Assembly (NCBI RefSeq): GCF_018350175.1
Contig: NC_058368.1
Coordinates: 95,296,001 to 95,360,000, forward strand
DNA: 64,000 bases
Direction: 5' to 3'
From: Felis catus
Taxonomy: Eukaryota
A program made the translations under genes and the position numbers. Below, one piece after another: positions 23,433-35,107 of this stretch. Each line of letters begins with the position of its first letter. Positions within the stretch are counted from its first letter, which is position 1. The notes beneath the pieces are model-generated. The model was not told where the DNA came from, searched no databases, and saw only the letters and a list, made by a program, of their open reading frames with translations.

Positions 23433-23707
23433 TTTTTTTCTTTTCTTTTCTTTTCTTTTCTTTTCTTTTCTTTTCTTTTCTTTTCTTTTCTTTTCTTTTC
23501 TTAAAATGTTTATTTTTGAGAGAGAGAGAGAGACAGAGTGTGAGGGGAGGTAGGAACAGAGAGAGAAGGAGACACAGAATCCAAAGCACGCTCCAGGCTC
23601 TGAGCTGTCAGCCCAGAGCCCAACGCGGGGCTTGAACCCACAAACTGTAAGATTATGACCTGAGCCGAAGTTGGATGCTTAACCAAACTGAGCCACCCAG
23701 GCGCCCC
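23433..23707 (-). mobile_element. Can-SINE with (TTTTC)n-expanded tail
   Basis: TSD AAGACTC(A/T)CTTCT at 23421 and 23708; about 13 TTTTC units at 23436-23501. Confidence 0.96.
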
Positions 23708-23898
23708 AAGACTCTCTTCTGGGTTTAATTCTCTTGCCCACCTTCCACACCACAAGTTGTGAGCCTTCTCCCATTTTTTGGTCAGGATGTTCGTGGCTTA
23801 TTTATTTATTTGTTTGTTTTTTTAACAGCATCTGACACATTCATGTAACTTAGGTGAGTGCTTGTCCAAAAGTGTTGCTGGTTTACAGTGGGAGTATT

Positions 23899-24059
23899 GG
23901 GGGTGCCTGGGTGGCTTTGTCGGTGAAGGATCGGACTCTTGGTTTCAACTCAGGTCGTGATCTCATGGTCGGTGAGATGGAGGTGCATATTGGGCTCTGT
24001 GCTGACCGTGCAGAGCCTGCTTGGGATTCTCTTGTCTCTCTCTCTCTTCCCTTCCCTCC

Positions 24060-24090
<31 letters not shown>

Positions 24091-24110
24091 AAAAACAAAT
24101 ACATTTAAAA
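23899..24110 (+). mobile_element. Can-SINE
   Basis: Head, ACTCTTGGTTTCAACTCAGG variant body, (CT)n and tail. Confidence 0.92.
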
Positions 24111-24526
24111 TCAGATGGCTAAATTCCTGTTTATTTTTTTTTTTACCTTAAATACCTTTATTAAAACTGTATCACTAACTTAAACAGAAAAAGCAGTGTA
24201 CCTTGCTAGAAAAGAAGACAGAAAAGAGTGCACACAACTCCAGATTTTTAAAAGTTAACCCATAAGCCCACCTCACGCTGGCTCACGCACCACTCCTGGG
24301 AAACTCTGGCCGTGCCGTTCTGATGTGCCTTTGGAAAGGGGCCCGGGCCAGTCCACCGAGGCGGGTTCACACACGGCTTGACAGTTTCACTCCGTCTATG
24401 TCTATTGCGGTTACCTGTTATGGCTCTAGTCCTTTATTTTCTTGGTAAAATGTATTCTTTTCTAAAATTGTATCGTTTCTTTGTTTCTGGACCTAATGTA
24501 TGTTTCTCATGACTAAAATATAAACT

Positions 24527-24748
24527 GGGGGGCGCCTGGATGGCTCAGTCAGTTGAGTGTCTGAGTGTTGATTTGGGCTCAGGTCATGATCCCAGGGTCA
24601 TGGGATCAAGCCATGAGTCAGGCTCTGTGCTGAGCATGGGGACTGCTTGAGTTTCTCTCTGTCTCTCTGTCTCTCTCTCTCCCTTTCCCCTGCTCTCTCT
24701 CTCTCTCTCTAAAATAAATAAAATAAAATCAAGTAAAATAAAATAAAA
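24527..24748 (+). mobile_element. Can-SINE (older subtype), (AAAAT)n tail
   Basis: GATCCCAGGGTCATGGGATCAAGCC variant body. Confidence 0.92.
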
Positions 24749-25036
24749 TTGCAAGAGACCAAAGACTTTATCTTACTGCTGCTCCCCAGGGCTTAGCCCC
24801 CAGTTGCCAGACTGTCCTAGCAATGTTCTGAGAAACTGCTATGATGTATAAGTCTGGGTTTATGTAAAATAATCCTGCTTGCTGGCTTTGTGCTATATGA
24901 CCTGATTTTTTTCTTTTTTGTGTCTTTCACAGTTCACCATGACTTTGGACTTTGACTACCCACCCGGGTTCAGGGGACCCTTTTACTTCTCTGAACCCCT
25001 GCAAATCTTCAGAACTTTTGACTCTGCTTTCTTAAA

Positions 25037-25419
25037 TTTTCTTTTTAATATTTATTTATTTTCGAGAGAGTGAGAGAGAGAGAGAGAGCGAGCGTGTAAG
25101 CAGGGCAGGGGAGGGGCAGAGAGACAGGGAGACACAGAATCCAAAGCAGGCTCCAGGCTCTGAGCTGTCAGCTCAGAGCCCTACATGGGGCTTGAACTCA
25201 TGAATGGTGAGATCATGATCTGAGCCAAAGTCAGATGCTTAACCAACTGAGTGTGAATGGGAGATGGGCAGAAAGAGAGGGAGACACAGAATCCAAAGCA
25301 GGCTTCAGGCTCTAAGCTGTCAGCACAGAGCCCAACGTGGGGCTCGAACTCACGAACCATGAGATCATGACCTGACCCGAAGTCGCACGCTCGACCGACT
25401 GAGCCACTCAGGCACCCCT
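25037..25419 (-). mobile_element. Fused two-body Can-SINE
   Basis: Two SINEC_Fc-like bodies joined at about 25250, with one tail and one head. Confidence 0.93.
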
Positions 25420-25926
25420 ACTTTGTTTTTTTAAAGCCAGCCTATTGGCAACAGTTCCTTTCTTAACTAGACCTCTCTGACAGGGCTGGATTCCTCTCTT
25501 TAAGTAGATGGCCTGGCCCCACCAACCATCGTTATACTTCCAAGTAGCCAAAAAAGCCATATAGCATTTTTCCTACAACGATTCATTCACCCTGAATGGG
25601 GCGCTTTAACATATGCAAAATCAACAGCAGGACAGTGGCAAGTACATTTGTCCATTTTGGCCAGAAGTAGCCTTAGCTGAAGGTGGAGGTATGTCCCTCA
25701 GTTTTAGCTCTTGAACCCTCTACTTTTCATTCTTAAGGCAATAGATGTATAATCATCAAGAATGTTTTCCCAGTAGATTTAGATGATTTTAAATGGATTT
25801 GGATGAATTTTTATCCCTGCCTTTCAAATGTTTTGCTTGATGTTAATATACTAGTCAGAATCATTTCAAGAGATAATGTGAACCTGTGTCTGAGATAGAA
25901 AAATGTTATTTAAGTATTTCCGTCTC

Positions 25927-26025
25927 TGGGGTGCCTGGCTGACACAGAAGAGTGTGTGGCTCATGAGTTCAAGCCCCACTTTGGGTTTAGAGATTACTCA
26001 ATTAAATAAATTAGAAAAAATATTT
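25927..26025 (+). mobile_element. Short Can-SINE lacking the (CT)n segment
   Basis: GGGGTGCCTGGCTG..GAGTTCAAGCCCCAC..AGAGATTACT; TSD TATTTCCGTC at 25915 and 26030. Confidence 0.88.
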
Positions 26026-27244
26026 AAAATATTTCCGTCGAGTATTTTTTATTCTTCAATGCATTTGTCTACTTTCTACTGCCCTCTTAGATAATGCTAA
26101 GTCAAGGGGATAAAAACATATAACTGTTTCCTCTGACAAATCCAATGCCTGTTAAGGCTGGTTGATTAAAGGAACCAGACTTTTTGGTGATAAATGACCC
26201 AGAGTCTACGATAAGGCTCATGCGCTTGCAATGACATCTTTCATGTCATGGGAGAGGAAACAAGGTTGCAAATTTGAGAGTGAATGATAATGATTACTAT
26301 TGGGTGCTATTTATAATCAGTGGCACAGGAAGTTAATTAGTTATTTTTAATATGGTGACTGAGCCGATCCCAATAGGAAAAGTGCCTATGATTTTGTCAA
26401 CGAAAAATATTTTTGTTAGGGCCAAGAAATTTCATGGTATTGGTAAGTGTAGGGGGAAAGCTAGAAATTTTGATTGTCGACAAAGATGATTGTTTTAAAT
26501 TTATTTTATTTTAATGAAATAAGTCACATATGGTCTTCGAAGGAACTCAGACATGTGTTTCTAGAAACTGGGACCTTTCTAACTCAGTACTGATTATCAA
26601 CGACATAAAATACTGTTACAATCTCCAAACACACAAAGCATTTGCTCTGTGGGAATAAGTATGAAATTTGACGGTAACTGATCTAAACTACAAAGATGCT
26701 CTTTAATGCACTGTGGGAATATTTTCTTAGTGAATACCCTTCTGGCCTTAAAGAGTTGATTGTCCTGGTTTGCTTAAGGACCTAACTTCTTCCGGGGCGG
26801 GCGGGGTCGGAGGGGGGGGGGGTGTCATTCACAAACTGGCAGGATTTGGCTGATGATGGAAAAGAAGAGCCCTCATGACAAAAGTGAAAATTCCAAGTGC
26901 TGTTGAGAAGGGAGCCCAAGGTCAGAAAAGGGGCACCCTGATTCTAAAAGGCAAACTGTCAGGACAGAAGCAGAGGATCACTTGGACAATGGTGGGGGGG
27001 GTGGGGGGCATCAAGACAACATGATTTGCATAGTGTTGCCTGTACCTGTTTTCCTTTGTTGTTGTTGTTTGTTTTGTTTGTTTACAAAACAGCAGGTTTA
27101 AAATGTTCAAGTGATTTGCCTGCCTGCCGAGGTGACTAATGACAATGTTCATTTTTCAGCATCCTATGCTACAAGCTGTAGTGCATTCTCTGACTTGGTT
27201 TCCTGTAGGAGCCTTTAAGAGGTACTTTTATTATCCGTGTTTCA

Positions 27245-27431
27245 TTTTTTATTTTTTTAAAAAAATGTTTGTTTATTTCCTTTAGAGAGAGAGAGAGAGA
27301 GAGAGAGGGAGGGAGACCGAGAATCCCAAGCACAGAGCCTGATGCGGGGCTCGAAGTCAGAAGCCGTGAGATCATGGCCTGAGCCAAAACCGGGAGTCCA
27401 CACTTCACCCACTGAGCCACCCCGGCACCCC
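27245..27431 (-). mobile_element. Can-SINE with internal deletion
   Basis: AATCCCAAGCACAGAGCC junction; head intact. Confidence 0.92.
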
Positions 27432-27729
27432 ATGCCAAGTATTTTCTAAAGTAAGTTCCATGAGAAATTAGTCCTATGAGAATTTCAAAGCGTTCTCTTG
27501 TACAAGTTTGTGAAGAGTCAGATGAAATCCACCTGAACCCGACTCTTAGCTGCTGGCTGCCTGATGCCCACTGGTGCAGAGAGAGGGGAAACGGGATGTA
27601 ACTTTCCCCAAAGTTGTTCAGGCACAGAAGCCTTGTTCAAAGCATGTCTGGAAGCAGCTAACAGGGTGTATGCATCAGAGGCCTCCAGAGATACAGATTG
27701 AATTGGAGAGAAGTACATAAAACTGACCA

Positions 27730-27868
27730 GAATTGGCTCCCACAGTTACGGAAGGCAAGAAGTCTCACCTCTCTGCCGTGAGCCAGCTGGAGAGCCAGGA
27801 AAACCAGGGCTGTAACTCAGTCTGAATCCAAAGGTCTGAGAACCAGGATTGCCAGTCTCTGAGGGCAG
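27730..27868 (-). mobile_element. MLT2-family (ERVL) LTR fragment
   Basis: GAATTGGCTCCCACAGTTACGGAAGGCAAGAAGTCTCAC..AGCTGGAGAGCCAGGAAAACC..CAGTCTGAATCCAAAGGTCTGAGAACCAGG matches recalled antisense MLT2. Confidence 0.75.
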
Positions 27869-27933
27869 CATAATTGTTTCTTTGCTGACCTACGTTAGTA
27901 GACTGTGCGTGTCAGGGGAACTGGGGCAAAGTC

Positions 27934-28168
27934 TTTTTTTTTTTTTTTTTTTTTTAACTTTTTTTAACGTTTATTTATTTTTGAGACAGAGAGAGACAGA
28001 GCATGAACGGGGGAGGGTCAGAGAGAGAGGGAGACACAGAATCGGAAACAGGCTCCAGGCTCTGAGCTGTCAGCACAGAGCCCGACGTGGAGCTCGAACT
28101 CACGGACACCGAGATCGTGACCTGATCCGAAGTCGGACGCTTAACCGACTGAGCCACCCAGGCGCTCC
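27934..28168 (-). mobile_element. Can-SINE (SINEC_Fc-like, young)
   Basis: Long T tail; TSD CTGGGGCAA(A/T)GTCTT at 27921 and 28172. Confidence 0.98.
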
Positions 28169-28654
28169 AAGCTGGGGCAATGTCTTACTCAGAGTTTGTT
28201 TTTCTTGTACCTAATATGGTGTCAGTCAGGGAGGAGGTTTTGTTTTTTTTTTGTTTTTGTTTTTTTTTTAAGACTACAGAGTTGAATATTGCCTCCATGT
28301 CCTTAGTTTGCTTTTACTCATGGGGCCCTGTGAGTCATTTCCATTTCAAAAATAAAAGGGGGACCAAGACCACATGAAAAAAAAGCCCCCGAGTCGGAGG
28401 GACGCTTGGACATTTTTCCCTCTAGCCTCGGCTGACCACAGACACTGGAATGGTTCATGCACGGTCTGGCGGGGTGCCTCAGTCACGTTAATGATCCACA
28501 CAGCCAGAGGCGTAATTGATCAGGCCACGGAGAACATTATTGATCATGGCAATGACCAAAATAATTGGAGCAGCCGAATCATGGTTCTGTCCAGTGACTC
28601 TGTGCCTGTTTGATGAGTGTTCTTGTGACTGGGTGATTTTTCTCTCTGTGTTGT

Positions 28655-28795
28655 AGAATCCCAGTGTTGGAGAGGGTCTGAGAGATCATGTAGCACGGTA
28701 TTTTTATCCCGTAGATAAAGTAGTTGAGTTCAGAGAGCTTACAGGGCCTGACCCCGGAGACATGGTTGGTGGTAGAAATACCGGGCCTCCTCCTT
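28655..28795 (-). mobile_element. MIR/MIR3 fragment
   Basis: AGAATCCCAGTGTTGGAGAGGGTCTGAGAGATCATGTAG..TAGATAAAGTAGTTGAGTTCAGAGAG. Confidence 0.5.
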
Positions 28796-29296
28796 CCTTA
28801 TCCTTCCTCGACACTCAAGCACATGTGGGTAGCGGGAGTGAGCAGTAGCCTCTGTTTTTATGTCACTGGGATCTTTTTTTCCCGTAACTGCAGTGTAACC
28901 TAGAGCAGTTTATCTGATCCTGTGTATAAATAACCCGAGTTCTATGGACACGTGAGATCCCGTTGGAAGGAAAAGGTGGGAATAGCCCTGAACTCTTACC
29001 TACACGGTCAGTTGTGGACTGTCCGTGTCCTAGGAAGTGTCTCTGTGTGTGTTATTGCTGTCACTGTATTTAATTTTGTGATTTTTATATGTCCTTATTG
29101 AGAGGGCCTGGGGGGGGGGCGGTGGCGGGGTTGAGTTGTGGTTTGGGAAATCTATTTTCTTGGAGAATAGTTGGTAGACTGCCGGGAAATAATGTAGACC
29201 CAGAAGGCTCTGCTATCCGTCCCTGATTACGTACCATGTTTTGGGTAGAAAAACCAAAGAACAGTAGTTCAAATCATTCAGCAATCTCTCATTGCC

Positions 29297-29482
29297 TTTT
29301 TTAAAATTTATTTTTATTTAAAAAAAAATATTTATTCACTTTTGGGAGGGGGTGGGGAGGGGAGAGAAAATCCCAGGCAGGCTCCCTGCTGTCAGTGCAG
29401 AGCTCAACACGGGGCTCAAACTCGTGACCTGAGCCAAAATCGAGAGTTGGATGCTTAACTGACTGAGCCACACGGTTGCCCC
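29297..29482 (-). mobile_element. Can-SINE with internal deletion
   Basis: CTCGTGACCTGAGCC junction; head and tail present. Confidence 0.9.
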
Positions 29483-29537
29483 TCATTTTCCTTGGTAATG
29501 ATCAACTCTAATATATAAGAATCCTAATCAACTGAAG

Positions 29538-29654
29538 AGCTCGTGGTTGGCTCAGTCAATAGACTCTGCTGCTCTTAATCTCAAGGTTGTGACTTTTAGA
29601 CCCAGATTGAGTGTAGGGATTGCTTAAATAAATAAACCTAAAAAAAAAAAAAAA
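29538..29654 (+). mobile_element. Short Can-SINE (diverged)
   Basis: TGGCTCAGTC..CTCTTAATCTCAAGGTTGTGA..GTAGGGATTGCTTAAATAAATAAA followed by poly(A). Confidence 0.8.
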
Positions 29655-29918
29655 GGCATCCCAATCCATTTAAAGAAATTAATAATATACTTAAAGGGGA
29701 CTTTGGCAAAATAGACTGAACTGATAGAATTTGAACAGTGTACATTTCCAGCCAGCAACTTGGCCTGTCTTATTTAACAACGGCTCTTAGCTGCAGATCT
29801 GAGTGTGCAGAAGAGGACAGAGAACTGGCTTGTGCCATCAAAGTGGCTGAGACTGGGTCCCACTAGGGAATGACCTGTTTTCCTTCAGATCCTGTTTTTA
29901 AGATGCAAGGGAAATGAT

Positions 29919-30132
29919 GAGATGCCTGGGTGGCCCAGTCGGTGAAACATCCAGCTTCTGCTCAGGTCACGATCTCATGGTTTGTGAGTTCAAGCCTCGC
30001 GTCAGGCTCTCTGCTGTCAGTGAGGAGCCTGCTTCAGATCTCTGTCTCCCTCTCTGCCCTCCCCATCTACACACACGCCGGTATGCTCATGTTCAATCTC
30101 TCTCAAAAATAAACAAAGACTAAAATAAAAAA
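29919..30132 (+). mobile_element. Can-SINE
   Basis: TSD-like AAGATGCAAGGGAAATGATG / AAGATACAATGGAAACGATG. Confidence 0.93.
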
Positions 30133-30594
30133 GATACAATGGAAACGATGTCTGGATGACAGTGTGGACCCAGTTCCCAGTTGGATACTAATTCTACCAA
30201 ATCAGGTCCACTTGAACCGGAGGTAGGACTTCATTCTTGTTATTTTCTTAGGCTTCCCAGAAACAATGGCATTTGCTGAGAAACTTAGCAATAGTTTCAG
30301 AAATTCCAGTAATTAGTTCAAACGCTGAAGACCCTGCTAACAATAACAGAGCCTTTGGAAACATCCCAGGAGCTGTTTGCCAGAAAGAACGCCCTCCATT
30401 GCCTTATGATTCACATCTGACCATTCACCTTCCCACATTCCACAGACCTTTGCCTTTCGACTCCTGCTTTGGCTCACCCCCCTCTGACAGCCTGGGTGGC
30501 TCTTACTTCCTTTTCTACCTCCTCCTTAGGTCAAGTTTAAATGCTCCTACTTTTATGATAAATCCCCCTAAAAATGTTGAAACCCACATTGACC

Positions 30595-31147
30595 TCAGAG
30601 CCCAGCGATTCACTCCTCCTTATTTACCCAGTTGAAATGAACACAGACATCCACAAGAAGACTTGTGCGAGAATAGCTCTCTGTTCATCACGGCTGAAAA
30701 TTGCAAACACCCAAAATGTCCGTCAGCAGATCTGGAGAGACAGATTGTGATATGTGCATACAACAGACTACGGCTCAATAAGACACAGGAAGCAGCCCCT
30801 GCTTTTCATAACATGTAGATGTATTGTGCCGTGTGAAATCTATTGTAGATACGTTGTGCTGGGTGAAAGATGTCAGAAACAAGGATGCAAAAAGAATATT
30901 TCTGTTGATGTAAAACTTAAGGACACAGGCAGTACTAATCTATGGTGAAATAGATTGGAACAGTGATTGCCTTTGGCAGTAGGGCACTGGAGATTGCCTG
31001 GAATAGGGCTGAAGGGAACTCTGTGGGTCTGGTGAACATGTTCTGGGTCTTGACGGGGACACGTGAGCTGTATGAGTATTTGCATTCATGAAACATCAAA
31101 CTCTCACACCTAAGTTCCGTGCATTTTGCTGCACGTAAATTAAAACA
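30595..31147 (+). mobile_element. Old L1M 3' end (ORF2 end plus 3' UTR)
   Basis: CCCAGCGATTCACTCCT..TATTTACCCA..GAAATGAA..CCCAAAATGTCC..ACTAATCTATGGTG..GTGCATTTTGCTGCACGTAAATT is collinear with L1MC/MD/ME 3' ends. Confidence 0.8.
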
Positions 31148-31365
31148 ATGGAGAATGAAAACATGAAAGGAAACACACCACTTTTGCTAGCCCTTAATTT
31201 GGTTCATTTCTTATTACTTTAGGCATTATGCTTTCCCGATCACCTCTCTGCAAACTCACTGTCAGAAAGACGGTAGTGTATCAATCAGTTACAGTTTCAT
31301 GTTTATTTAAATCATTGATGTACATGTTTTCAAGTCTAACAGTGGATTTAAAGTATTTGTTTCCA

Positions 31366-31520
31366 GGGCCACCTGGATGGCTCAGTCCGGTGAGTGTCTG
31401 ACTCTTGATTTTGACTCAGGTCATGATCCCAGGGTCGTGAGATCAAGCTCATTCTTGGGCTCTACGGCTGAGCGTGGAGACTGTGTTAAGATTGTCTCTC
31501 TTTCTCTGTAAAAAATAAAA
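31366..31520 (+). mobile_element. Can-SINE (older subtype)
   Basis: TSD GTATTTGTTTC at 31353 and 31538. Confidence 0.9.
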
Positions 31521-31642
31521 GCACACAAACAGACAACGTATTTGTTTCTAGCTCAAAGTATTTCATACATTAGACAGAAAACAGGGAAGATATTTTGGGG
31601 GTACTTCGAGGCTATTTTTGGTTTCTGACACCACGGTCAGGT

Positions 31643-31680
31643 GTTTTATTCATTTATGAAAGTTTTATTCATTTATGAAA
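31643..31680. repeat. Perfect 19-bp tandem duplication
   Basis: GTTTTATTCATTTATGAAA x2. Confidence 0.95.
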
Positions 31681-31895
31681 GCCTATGTAGTTGTTAAAGA
31701 TAGTTTTCTGTTTGTCTTTTTTTCCCCCATTTTCTCTCGCTCACCCTTACATAAAAGATGGTGCAGGTGTATCTGTAAACACGCATAATCTTCCTTTAAA
31801 ACTCACTCTCAGAACACTCACTGAATCTCTTTTTCTCAGGGAGCTTCTAAACTTTTATTATTTCCCTTGCCATATCTCGAATGAACTTGGAGCTT

Positions 31896-32120
31896 CTTTT
31901 TTAAAAAACATTTTCTAAGTTTATTTATTTATTTTTGAGAGAGACAGAGAGAGTGAGCATGGGAGGGATAGAAAAAGAGAGAGAGAGAGAGAAAACCCCA
32001 AGCAGGTTCCACACTGTCAGTGTGGAGCCTGATGTGGGGCTTCAACTTATGAACCATGAGATCATGACCTGAGCCAAAACCAAGTTGGGTGCTTAACTGA
32101 CTGAGCCACCCAGGTGGCCC
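31896..32120 (-). mobile_element. Can-SINE
   Basis: TSD GAACTTGGAGCT at 31883 and 32122. Confidence 0.95.
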
Positions 32121-32149
32121 TGAACTTGGAGCTCTCTTAAAGATGAGAA

Positions 32150-32386
32150 GGGGCGCCTGGGTGGCTCAGGCGGTTGAGCGTCCGACTTCGGCTCAGGTCA
32201 TGGTCTCAGGGTCTGTGAGTTCGAGCCCCGTGTTGGGCTCTGTGCTGACAGCTCAGAGCCTGGAGCCTGCTTCAGATTCTGTGTCTCCCTCTCTCTGACC
32301 CTCCCCTGTTCATGCTCTGTCTCTCTCTGTCTCAAAGATAAATAAACGTTAAAAAAAATTTTTTTTTAGATAACAAAAAATAAAAC
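32150..32386 (+). mobile_element. Can-SINE (SINEC_Fc-like)
   Basis: TSD AAGATGAGAA at 32140 and 32387. Confidence 0.97.
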
Positions 32387-32396
32387 AAGATGAGAA

Positions 32397-32480
32397 ATGT
32401 CTTTCAATCATTTCCCCAGTGCCCAGCACAGGAACTGAAAAAAAAACCCATAAACATTCAATAATGTTTATTGAAAAAAA
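32397..32480 (+). mobile_element. L2 extreme 3' end
   Basis: TCCCCAGTGCCCAGCACAGG..CATTCAATAATGTTTATTGAA. Confidence 0.55.
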
Positions 32481-33533
32481 ATAATAAATGGTACTATTTG
32501 TTTTTTTCCTCCTGTGGCTGGTGAGGTGAAAAAGAGCTTCATTCAGAGGCCAGGACTTTGGGATGGGCGATGTTTTGCAGGTAGGTTATCTCTGCTCTGA
32601 AATCTACCTCCTTTCTCCTCACTCCCACCCTTGACTCCCTGGAGGAATATTTTATGACCACATCATTGTAGTGCAAGAGTTCCTATTAACTTCATACTAG
32701 AAGAGTCTTTTTTAAAAAAGGCCATTATAAAATGGAAGCAATTTGAACCCAAAAAAGTGATTACTTTTCAAATAAGATTACCAAGTGTTACACCTTGGCC
32801 TTTTCCTTTATTGAAGTCAACGTTTTTTCCACCAGGCTTCTCCAAACACAATATGTTCGGGTTGGATTGGGCTTAAAATGTAATATTTAAAACAGCAACA
32901 TGTCTGACAGTTCCCAGAAATGAAATATGTCCGTTTCTTTCAGCAAGGAGCAGAAGGCAACATAAAGCAGCTGCAAGAATTAATTCACCGAGAGAGTTGA
33001 CATTTTCAAGCTGACTGCCTCTTAGAGAAAATGATGTCATCTTCTAGCAGTCTAATGACAGTCATCAGCCCAGGAGGACACATGCTAATAAGGTTCATTG
33101 CTCACCTACTTTTCTTTTTGGTTTAGCTGGGACGTCCTTGGATGCCCATAATTTGGCTTTGTCTTCCTAGAATAATTTCGAAGCAGGACTGCAGTATGAA
33201 GCTCAGAGAGTGATGTTTTTGTTGTTTTGTTTTTTCTTGTCAGAAAATTGAACGGATAGGTTTCTACCTTCTTCCAGTGACTCAGAGTCCTATTTCTAGA
33301 TTTCTCATAAATAACCAGATTCCGGCTGACTTTTCTTTTGTGGGTGTGGGAACGTGTGTTTACGTTGTGAAAGGCCATTGCTTCAAGAGGCTGGGGCAGC
33401 TCTGACTTAAACAAAAAGAGGTGAGAGAAAAACCTAAAATGTCATTCTCAACCATAAAGAACCTTGATTCTGAAACTTCTACAACACCTGGTGCAGGTGT
33501 TCTGGATCTGGCTTTCCTCCTGGATAAAAGTAT

Positions 33534-33766
33534 TTGTTTTGTTTTTGTTTTTTTTTAAAGTTTACTTGTTTATTTTGAGAGAGAGAGAGAGAGAGCACGT
33601 GCGTGCACCTGCAAGAGTAGGGGAGGACCAGGAGAGGGGGAGAGAGAGTCCCAAGTAGGGTCTGTATGCACTGTCAGCGCAGAGTGACTCTAACTCTGGG
33701 CTTGAACTCATGACGAGCCGAAATCAAGTGTCAGACGCTTAACCAACTGAGCCACCCAGGTGCCCC
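33534..33766 (-). mobile_element. Can-SINE with internal deletion
   Basis: CTCATGACGAGCCGAAATC junction; head intact. Confidence 0.92.
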
Positions 33767-34060
33767 TAAGATAACGGTTTTTAAAGGAGTTTCAAGGTGA
33801 ATGTCTACAGACCAGATACAAGGAAGGGAAGGAGCAGTGCCAGCAGCTCTCATCCACACCTTTCTGACGAGCGCTTTTGACGCTAGCACCCATCTAGAAC
33901 AAAACACCTGTTAGATTCCCAAGGCCCTCTGTCTTTGTCTCTTCCCTGATAGATAGCACCAGCCTAGGCTCTTCTGAGCAGTTATTCAGGGGGATGTTCT
34001 GATATGTCCAATGGCACCTGCACATCTCCCTTTTCCAGCAAGGCCCCCTGGACATCTCAC

Positions 34061-34285
34061 TTTATTTTTGAGAGGGGGAGAGAGAGTGTGAGCTGGGGAG
34101 GGCCAGGGAGAGAGAGAGAGAGAGAGAGAGTGAGAGAGAGAGAGAGAGAGATACAGAATCTGAAGCAGGCTCCAGGCTCTGAGCCATCAGCACAGAGCCC
34201 GACGCGGGGCTCGAACCCACGAACCGTGAGGTCATGACCTGAGCCAAAGTCGAATGCCCAACGGACTGAGCCACCCAGGCGCCCC
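34061..34285 (-). mobile_element. Can-SINE (SINEC_Fc-like), tail largely missing
   Basis: Body and long (GA)n present; only TTTATTTTT remains of the tail. Confidence 0.95.
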
Positions 34286-34777
34286 TTTGAGAACAGTCCT
34301 GAACAAATACAGTGTATTGGCTAGGGCCAGATAAGAGAAGTGAGCCATGGAGTTTTCAGGGCATCCATGAGCTGTAAGTGCAGGAGGACTGTGATTCACA
34401 GTGGTAGTTATTGCAAAGGAGTTTCATTTTGCTTTACCTTGACCTCCTAGTCTTGCTGGAGATGAACTTCTGGAAAAAGGAGCTCATCCTACATCAAGAT
34501 GGACGCTTGAGGGTTAGACATTTAGACCTGCTTAACTGGAGAGAAGCCACGTCCGTAGCAGTGGAAGTGATCCAGACCATTCCAAATAGCGGTCTACACT
34601 GGAGGGCTTGCCGGTCACTTACCAAATCAGTGATTGATGGTGTTTTGTTGATAATGTAGTGAAGAAAGTAGGTCTTGGTTGAATCCAGAAAAAAGATTCA
34701 ATAAATGTAATAAATTAGATAGTTTGTAACCTCTGGATCGGATGTCTGACATCCCGTAAAGTGGCCACATGCTGAAT

Positions 34778-34900
34778 TAATTTGGTGAACACTTAATTAG
34801 CATTGACTCTGTGGAAGGCCCCTTCCAGGCTCTGGAGGAGGGAGAAAATGGAGGACAGACTGCTCTGGCCTTCAAGGGCATGTGATCCAAATGGTGTATA
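34778..34900 (-). mobile_element. L2 relic
   Basis: AACACTTAATTAGCATTGACTCTGTG..AGGCTCTGGAG..CTGGCCTTCAAGGG. Confidence 0.45.
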
Positions 34901-35107
34901 AGCATATATACAAAAATAACCTACATTTCAAAAGACACGTGTCATGTAAATTTCATCCTCACAATAAGCTTGTAGATTGGGTATTATTATTATTATAAAT
35001 GTTATCATCATTTACACATCGTTGCTACAGTGCAAACATTGTCTTTTGTTTATGCCTTAGTTCCTTTTCTGTAAAATAGTTATGTTAGATTAATAGTGAT
35101 AATCACA

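Noticed and set aside
24897..24975. Strong-looking splice acceptor (TTTTTTGTGTCTTTCACAG) followed by CACCATG
   Set aside because: No convincing donor before the next SINE, and the T-rich tract appears to belong to an antisense old-L1-like relic.
25927..26025. tRNA-like sequences (also 29538, 45491, 57300, 62220)
   Set aside because: They are tRNA-derived short SINEs with tails or TSDs, too degenerate to form a cloverleaf.
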